Sequence record: NC_006268.1
Length of the DNA: 64,000 bases
Direction: 5' to 3' (one strand)
Shown here: positions 58,045 through 64,000 of the stretch, piece after piece
How positions within the stretch are numbered: position 1 is the first letter of the stretch
Layout of the letters: every line of letters begins with the position of its first letter
Notes under the pieces: generated by a model
Told to the model about the DNA's origin: nothing
Database searches by the model: none
The model's input: the letters and a program-made list of their open reading frames with translations, nothing else
Position numbers and translations under genes: made by a program

Positions 58045-58814
58045 AAAGCTTGTTAGTTAGGCGGTTTACTGTAAGAGGTGTGATAGTTTAGTATCTGAAA
58101 GTAAGCTGTTTAACTTTCGCCCCCCACACCCCCCCAAAAAAAGAGGGGTGGTGTAAGTAAGAGGGGCCTCATTAGCGGCAGCAATTAGTGCTTAGCAGCA
58201 GCTTAGCGGCCTAGCAGCAGCTGCTTATATTAAATAATTAGCTTAATATAAGACTCTTATTACATTAGCTAAGAACGCCCTTAACTCCCTCAGATTATTT
58301 CATATGACTTTTTGACGCATATAATTAAACGCCTGATCTTTTCATATCTCTTTCTATTTTTATCTTCTTAGTATTAACACTTCAAAGGTCGTTTTCTTTC
58401 ACTCTTAATTCAACACTTCTTACTACACACTTTTATACACTACAGAATTATCAATTAGATGTACCTTCTTTTCTTTTGTTTAATTCAGTATCTTTCACTT
58501 TCACAATATTTAGATGACATACAGAGAAGGTGGTGAGAAGTCTCATTCAGCATGAGAAAAATTGCGATTTCATATACCCCCCATACCCCCTTAACTTATT
58601 TCATACCCCTTTTATGCAAAGTTGTAATATTAATACAAGCTACTCTCTTTTTACTTGTGTATAGTGAAGAGTAACATATTATCACTAAACAAAAATTTTC
58701 TTTACTCCTCTTATCTTTTACATTTTTCCCTTAAACTTTTAGGTTGGTAGAATATTTATTACAGTCGTGAGAAAAATTATTTATAAAATTAGATGTTTAT
58801 TTATCTCACGTTAA
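57960..58814. other. Largest non-coding region (about 855 bp) with boxes, C/G-run hairpins and TTAGCRGC repeats
   Basis: No ORF of 60 aa or more in the track; see finding. Confidence 0.7.
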
Positions 58815-59582
58815 CTATCTAACTATTTCTCCTATAGCTCTTTCTATATTGACTACACCAAGAAAGTCTTCAATTAGCGCCCTTAGTTTATCTTCTAGCC
58901 CATACTTTTCCGCAAGCGTTTTATAAATGGAATACATTCTAGCTATCAACACTTGAGTTCTTGATGCGACTTTTTCAAAAGTTTTCACATTCTGATCTTT
59001 TAGTCTGTATATTAGGTTTTCAGTTCTTTTTCCAATGAACTTATTGATTGTTTTAGCAACTCTTTGCAATAACTTTCCTAATCTATCTTTTAACTCCTCA
59101 ACATTCTGAATTGGCTTCTCATTTCTCCTTAATCTTAATACTAGAATCTGATCCGTAAATAATTTCTTTAAGAGTTTTTCAGCGTTTGAAGTAATCCTAT
59201 CACCAATGTAAGCATATGTTATACTCGTATTCTCCATAGTTGGCACCTTCATCACTTTATTTAACCACTTAGAAGCAGTTCTAATCTCTCTCATAATGTC
59301 AGAGGGCGTTATTGGTTTTGATGTTTGGCCAGAATATATGATTACCACAAAGTGATTTTCTTTCTCATTCAATTTAATTTGAATATAAGCAACTCCTAAT
59401 TTTACATTTTGGCCAAATTCCACAATCCTTTCATCTTCAGTAAGAGGAAGAAAATCGTCTTCAATACCTAAAGCTTTTTTAAAAATTTTCATAAAGTCCA
59501 CAATAGAGCGTATAGTAACTTCATTAACCTTTTTTGTTGCCTCACGCCTCGCTAACTTCTTCTGCAATGCCAGCATCATCAT
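58815..59582 (-). CDS. Hypothetical basic protein
   Basis: 255 aa; overlaps the upstream NTPase gene. Confidence 0.75.
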   Translation of the reverse strand: MMMLALQKKLARREATKKVNEVTIRSIVDFMKIFKKALGIEDDFLPLTEDERIVEFGQNVKLGVAYIQIKLNEKENHFVVIIYSGQTSKPITPSDIMREIRTASKWLNKVMKVPTMENTSITYAYIGDRITSNAEKLLKKLFTDQILVLRLRRNEKPIQNVEELKDRLGKLLQRVAKTINKFIGKRTENLIYRLKDQNVKTFEKVASRTQVLIARMYSIYKTLAEKYGLEDKLRALIEDFLGVVNIERAIGEIVR

Positions 59583-60576
59583 TTTCTTCTAATATATTGT
59601 CTTCTTCTCCTTTAAATTTCTTTTTCTCTTCTTCAAGCAATAACTCAATATAACTATTTCTTATTAATGTATATTGGTCATACGCTGCTTTAGGCAGTTT
59701 TACGTTAACTAAGCCAGTGTGGGCCCTCACTCTTCCTGCATCTATTATTTTATCACCTTCAACCTTTATCTCATTGTAAATTATGTACTCTTTTTTCAAC
59801 CAGTTCTTTATTGTCGTTCTCGTGTACAGTTTCCATTGCGCGTAATTGTCAGGATCTAGGTTATTCTGAACTAAAAGCCTCACTAAATTATAATCCTTTC
59901 TTCTATTATCACGCGTTAAATACACATAATAGATCCCTTTAATTGTCCTCAGCATTTTGTGCAAGTTTTGCTCTGTCGTTGGCATGGTTATTATTATACT
60001 ACTCACTCTAGGCCTTAGAAGTGTTAACAAATCATTCGCAACCTGATATCTGTTTCGCCTTGACCAGTACGTATGAGAGCCGAAGAACACTTGCGCATCG
60101 TCTAGCAAAATTGCCGGAACTCTCAGTTCATTTCTTTCCAAAAACAAAATGAAATCACGTAATTGTAAGGGGTCAATAATGTTAAAATAAAGCGCAAATT
60201 GGAAATTAAGCAATGGATCATCGGGCCAATATCCATAAATCCCTGCCAAGATTTGCAATGCCATGCTACTTTTTCCAGCTCCTTGCTCACCTTCTATGAC
60301 AAAGATCGAAAAGCTCGTCAATTCTTTAACAAAATCTCTCGTTATTTTCATAATGAAGGGGTTAATGGTGGGAATCAAAACTTCTTGTCCACTTTCATCC
60401 CTAAGCCAAAGCGGCATATCGAGATAGGGATTTTTGTCTCTCTTTAGCTTCTCCTCTATCACTTCTTTTAGTATTACCTTGAATTGTTTTCTAAACGCAT
60501 TTTCATAATCAACGGTTAATAATGGCTTTCTAGGATCTTCGTTTTGAATAACAAAATCCCCAATTCTTTTTATCAT
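59542..60576 (-). CDS. P-loop NTPase (Zot/B251-like; possible packaging or assembly ATPase)
   Basis: Walker A GEQGAGKS, Walker B ILLDDAQ; family assignment is inference. Confidence 0.75.
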   Translation of the reverse strand: MIKRIGDFVIQNEDPRKPLLTVDYENAFRKQFKVILKEVIEEKLKRDKNPYLDMPLWLRDESGQEVLIPTINPFIMKITRDFVKELTSFSIFVIEGEQGAGKSSMALQILAGIYGYWPDDPLLNFQFALYFNIIDPLQLRDFILFLERNELRVPAILLDDAQVFFGSHTYWSRRNRYQVANDLLTLLRPRVSSIIITMPTTEQNLHKMLRTIKGIYYVYLTRDNRRKDYNLVRLLVQNNLDPDNYAQWKLYTRTTIKNWLKKEYIIYNEIKVEGDKIIDAGRVRAHTGLVNVKLPKAAYDQYTLIRNSYIELLLEEEKKKFKGEEDNILEENDDAGIAEEVSEA

Positions 60577-60630
60577 GCTATTCTTTATTTTGGCTACAGA
60601 ATTTATAAAAGTAATATCGAATAGTAATAT

Positions 60631-60948
60631 ATGTCTTTACCATATATCCCTAGAGCACGTATTGCCACAGAAAAGTCGAAAAATGAAGAGGATGAAGAGC
60701 AAAAAGCTGCAGAAAGCAAAAAAGATGAGCAAAAAGTAGATTGCACGCAAGTAGTTGCACAGTATGTTACACTTTTAAATGATTTGCTAAGTGACTTGCA
60801 AGAGCTTCTAAATCTTTTAGCAGATCGCTCTCTTAAAGCAAAGCCAAACTTCAAATGCCTCGATTACGATTTTTACCCTATTAACCCCGTGTTAACTCGT
60901 TACATTGTTAAGGGAATAAAAGAAGAATGTAGAAAAAGTTTAAAATGA
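60631..60948 (+). CDS. Hypothetical protein
   Basis: 105-aa ORF with TATA-like sequence upstream. Confidence 0.65.
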   Translation: MSLPYIPRARIATEKSKNEEDEEQKAAESKKDEQKVDCTQVVAQYVTLLNDLLSDLQELLNLLADRSLKAKPNFKCLDYDFYPINPVLTRYIVKGIKEECRKSLK

Positions 60949-61149
60949 AGTTTGGAAAAGTTCAGAAATCCTCTTTTTCCTACCGTCATAATAGTAAATA
61001 ATGCCATCATCGCCGAGATTTTCAATTTTCTTAACCTCAAAACTGTAAAGCGTGACAGTGTTCAAATCAAGTTCATTCTCACTTTCTGAGTTAGTTATCT
61101 TTAGGAACTCACCTTCCTTCTCTATCAAATATTTACCTATCTTTATCAT
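60940..61149 (-). CDS. Hypothetical protein
   Basis: 69 aa; ATGA coupling to 61146-61772, GAGGTGA SD. Confidence 0.7.
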   Translation of the reverse strand: MIKIGKYLIEKEGEFLKITNSESENELDLNTVTLYSFEVKKIENLGDDGIIYYYDGRKKRISELFQTSF

Positions 61150-61772
61150 CTTCTCACCTCTTCAATCTGAAGAAGTTTATCTACCTCATCAGAGATCTCA
61201 TCTCTTTTACGAAATACTTCTATTGCCTGTTCTAGCAATTCTAATCTTTGTGAAACATTCTGCCTTGCCCCTTCCATTATATTAATTAATTCTTTTGTAG
61301 TATCGTTAATCCTTATAAGCAATTCGTACATCTTTTCCATTGTATTTTTCTGATCTTCTATCTTATTCATTGCTTCTTTAATTTTATTTTCGTTAATGTG
61401 TGTAGAACTAGCAGCATTTTTTACCATTCTCATTTCCGCATCTAAAATTACTTGTACTATTTTTGTTGTTGTTTCTATAAATTCCAGTTCCATCCTATCC
61501 ACCTGTTTTAGCATTTCTATTATCTCATTTATTTTGTTGATTATCTCAGCTTCTGGTACCTTTTCTTCATTCAACCTTTTACGGAGGTCTGTTATACTAT
61601 CAAAAATTTTTACGCATGTGTCATCTGCTTCAGTGCTAAGTCTATCGGCTTTTTTTGATAACCTATTAAGCTCTTTAAATTCGTTATCACTCAAAACATC
61701 CTTTAAATTTGCGAAATCCGTGTTATCTTCTTCATTATATACTTTATTTTCTTCAAGATCTTTTTCTTTCAT
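61146..61772 (-). CDS. Coiled-coil protein
   Basis: 208 aa, heptad-rich E/K/I/L composition. Confidence 0.8.
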   Translation of the reverse strand: MKEKDLEENKVYNEEDNTDFANLKDVLSDNEFKELNRLSKKADRLSTEADDTCVKIFDSITDLRKRLNEEKVPEAEIINKINEIIEMLKQVDRMELEFIETTTKIVQVILDAEMRMVKNAASSTHINENKIKEAMNKIEDQKNTMEKMYELLIRINDTTKELINIMEGARQNVSQRLELLEQAIEVFRKRDEISDEVDKLLQIEEVRR

Positions 61773-61864
61773 ATTAATCTATTTCTTTATGTGTCATTTT
61801 ATAAATTTTTATCAAAGACCTCTCTTTGCTTCTTTGCCAACTCATCGTTTTTAGATTTCCTCTT

Positions 61865-61903
61865 TTTACAGAATTGTCATGACAATTCAGCAAATTTGGA
61901 GAA
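61865..61903. repeat. Palindromic element with degenerate left box
   Basis: tttacagaa ttgtcatgacaa ttcagcaaatttggagaa. Confidence 0.85.
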
Positions 61904-61937
61904 AAGCCTACAAAACTTCACTACTTAAGGGGGCACA

Positions 61938-62384
61938 GTGTTTCTATCTACACGTTTTCTTCCGTCATCTTTTACGTTACTCATGGAAGAAAACTTTAAA
62001 TATAAAAAAGTTAACATAATATATGGTGAGAAAATGTTAGTCCAAACAGATAAGATTTCTCATGAAAGGATTACAAATCTGTTGGAAAACTCAATTCAAC
62101 TACTTACTGCTTCAACAGAAACTAAAAAATTGCGCACTATAAGAACAAACCTTAGTAATGTTATAAACAACATCTCGAGGGTAATGCTTTTACTAGAAAA
62201 AAGAGAAACCACAGAGGCTGAAAAAGCATACGTTCTTCTTCAATTCGCCAGGAAATTAGCAGTTTCAGAAAAGGCAAAAATAGATGAGGTAATAAAAGGG
62301 AAGAGAAAAGAAGAATTAATAAAGGACAATCTTAATAGCATTAAGATATTGTTGTGTGAAGTTGAAAAGCTGATGAAGAGGTGA
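61938..62384 (+). CDS. Hypothetical helical protein
   Basis: Likely start ATG 62034 after TTTAAATA and GGTGAG SD. Confidence 0.7.
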   Translation: MFLSTRFLPSSFTLLMEENFKYKKVNIIYGEKMLVQTDKISHERITNLLENSIQLLTASTETKKLRTIRTNLSNVINNISRVMLLLEKRETTEAEKAYVLLQFARKLAVSEKAKIDEVIKGKRKEELIKDNLNSIKILLCEVEKLMKR

Positions 62385-63256
62385 GACTCATGTCTCCCGT
62401 GATTTACGGAGTTCACATGAAAGAGACAGAATACGCTGTTCCAGATGATGTTGCAGAACTACTCGTTCAGAAAGATAAGTACGCATTAGAAAAACTTCCA
62501 GTCTCCTATCTTCAAAAGGCAATCCGTGATCCCAATGTAATGCAAAACTTAATCAACTTTGCATCAAACATTCACACGTTTAGAAAGGGAATGACAAGAT
62601 GTAAAGTTCTGCTTCCACTTTCATTGTACGAAAAAGTAATTCATGAAGCTTCAGAGAAAAAGCTAACATTAAGCAAAGTAATGCTAGCTGCACTCTTTTT
62701 GGCTGCGAGAGAGGCAGGATTTTTGTCTGACAAAGAAATCTTACCATATGTTCAAGATTCAGCAATGTATAATACAAAACGCTCAATTAGAGTTCCACCT
62801 GGCTTCAAAAAAGAGTTGTTTGAAAAAATTTACGATTCTGGTAATACGCCATCTGAATACACGAGAAGAGCACTTTATCGATTTATTTCGGATCCTTCAT
62901 TTAGGCAAAACGTAGCTAGCGTGTTGAACTCCCTCGGAGTAGGAAAAATGCCAACAGAGCACAGCGAAATTTTTCCATTATACATAACTCCACAAGAATA
63001 CAAAAAATATAAACAAACACTTGAGCAAGAAAGACTTTTCGAAAAGTACGGTGTTTCAAGCCCAACGCTAGTCTTACTGCTTTTACATATGCATGACGAT
63101 GGCCTCCTAAATGATCAAGAGTATTTCAACTATCTATCAAGATTTACTGCGTTTGTTTCTTCAGGCTATCAACCTCAACCGGAAAACGCACAAGTGTTAT
63201 CAAGTTCGTCAGCTCATCAACAGTCGCAATCCAATAGCCATCATACTTCACCTTAA
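62381..63256 (+). CDS. RHH-like repeat protein
   Basis: CKVLLPLSLYEKVIHEASEKKLTLSKVMLAAL and SIRVPPGFKKELFEKIYDSGNTPSEYTRRAL; likely start ATG 62390. Confidence 0.65.
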   Translation: MRLMSPVIYGVHMKETEYAVPDDVAELLVQKDKYALEKLPVSYLQKAIRDPNVMQNLINFASNIHTFRKGMTRCKVLLPLSLYEKVIHEASEKKLTLSKVMLAALFLAAREAGFLSDKEILPYVQDSAMYNTKRSIRVPPGFKKELFEKIYDSGNTPSEYTRRALYRFISDPSFRQNVASVLNSLGVGKMPTEHSEIFPLYITPQEYKKYKQTLEQERLFEKYGVSSPTLVLLLLHMHDDGLLNDQEYFNYLSRFTAFVSSGYQPQPENAQVLSSSSAHQQSQSNSHHTSP

Positions 63257-63956
63257 GTACGTATTTTTTACACTCCTCCCTAGGATCGTAAAGCAGGTTT
63301 ATTTCATCTCCATAATCCGCTACAGAAACAATTTTGCCTAGCTTTACTCCGTAAAAGCGTTCAAGCTTTTTTAAGTTGAGCTCTAGAATGCCATCTTTTG
63401 AAAATTCATGCGCAACTCTCTTTAGTATTGTTTTGTTCTTGTCAAGTATCTTTATGTAGTAGTATATCCTGTCACCCATGTTGTACTCAAGCACTTCCAT
63501 TGTTTTGTTTATAAGCCTCTTTTTTTCTTTACTTTTCTTCTTGTCTGCAATTATAAGCAGATCGTAGCCCGGTATAGCAGGCTTTAGTTCTTCGACGAAA
63601 TGCTCAATTACTAAAGACGATTTCCTTATGTATTTTCGTTTAGTTATCATCGTCTTTTTCGATAGGATTATTGAGTCAGGCGTGTAAGTCTTGTAGTACG
63701 TTCCGTCATATTCTCTGGGAAAACGTATTATTAAGGTTTGCTTTTTAGTATCTTTGCGATACATCAGGTGGTACCCGAGCTTCGGATAGTTCAGCTCTTG
63801 ATCCGTAAACTTTACCTCAATTAAACCATTGCCTTGGTCAATTAGGTACGCGTATTTAGGATTTTCTATATCCTTTAGGTAACGTAAAAGGCCAGGCGGG
63901 GGTACGGTACGTGTATAGCCGTCAATTATCTTAAGCGTTTTGCCTATCCTAAGCAT
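63144..63956 (-). CDS. Hypothetical basic protein
   Basis: 270 aa; overlaps the convergent gene by 113 nt. Confidence 0.7.
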   Translation of the reverse strand: MLRIGKTLKIIDGYTRTVPPPGLLRYLKDIENPKYAYLIDQGNGLIEVKFTDQELNYPKLGYHLMYRKDTKKQTLIIRFPREYDGTYYKTYTPDSIILSKKTMITKRKYIRKSSLVIEHFVEELKPAIPGYDLLIIADKKKSKEKKRLINKTMEVLEYNMGDRIYYYIKILDKNKTILKRVAHEFSKDGILELNLKKLERFYGVKLGKIVSVADYGDEINLLYDPREECKKYVLKVKYDGYWIATVDELTNLITLVRFPVEVDSLKKQTQ

Positions 63957-64000
63957 GCTAATTATTTATGCTTTGCAAAGCTTATAGCATTTCCTCCCCC

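Larger units (their letters stand above)
1..64000. mobile_element. Segment of a large spindle-shaped archaeal virus genome (STSV1-like, bicaudavirus-related)
   Basis: No housekeeping gene context. Contains a p131-like structural protein (31737-32171), a 2308-aa ORF, a tyrosine recombinase, thyX, dcd, DNA methylases and many RHH proteins, with Sulfolobales-type BRE/TATA promoters and GGTG Shine-Dalgarno motifs. Gene order and sizes match my recollection of STSV1 (not verified by search). Confidence 0.9.

Noticed and set aside
58815-59582. Possible PD-(D/E)xK nuclease fold
   Set aside because: No convincing catalytic motif was visible, so the ORF is left as hypothetical.
905-63341. Many short ORF-track entries antisense to or nested in long genes (e.g. 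905-1120, 7433-7777, 15656-16183, 25488-26027, 29698-29983, 61396-61854)
   Set aside because: Shadow ORFs: Ser/Leu/Phe-rich translations expected from the reverse complement of purine-rich coding strands, with no promoter or SD support.
1-64000. CRISPR array or mini-array
   Set aside because: No regularly spaced 24-37 bp direct repeats with unique spacers were seen; the palindromic elements are kilobases apart.

Overview
The window is about 64 kb of an AT-rich crenarchaeal (Sulfolobales) large spindle-shaped virus genome. The 144-aa p131-like structural protein, the 2308-aa giant ORF, ThyX, dCTP deaminase, tyrosine recombinase and three methyltransferases match my recollection of Sulfolobus tengchongensis spindle-shaped virus 1 (STSV1) or a very close relative; I could not check this by search. 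Genes run on the + strand from 1 to 26.7 kb: an early/accessory region with a paralog family, DNA-modification and nucleotide genes and a multi-RHH array, followed by the giant ORF. Orientation is mixed and mostly minus thereafter, covering structural and membrane proteins, an AAA/ParB cluster, a lectin-repeat protein, the recombinase and glycosylation and methylase genes. No rRNA, tRNA, CRISPR array or IS element was recognised. The signals not explained by gene content are: (1) a dispersed 48-bp palindromic element (two 18-bp boxes around TTGTCATGACAA) in about 14 copies, all intergenic and often hugging accessory genes; (2) a tandem array of genes built from concatenated ribbon-helix-helix modules; (3) a GC-rich, foldable intergenic island that looks like a structured ncRNA; (4) a DpdA/TGT-like plus ArcS-like pair for probable 7-deazaguanine DNA modification; (5) a repeated strong promoter cassette that may mark anti-defence genes. 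All product calls rest on motifs read by eye.
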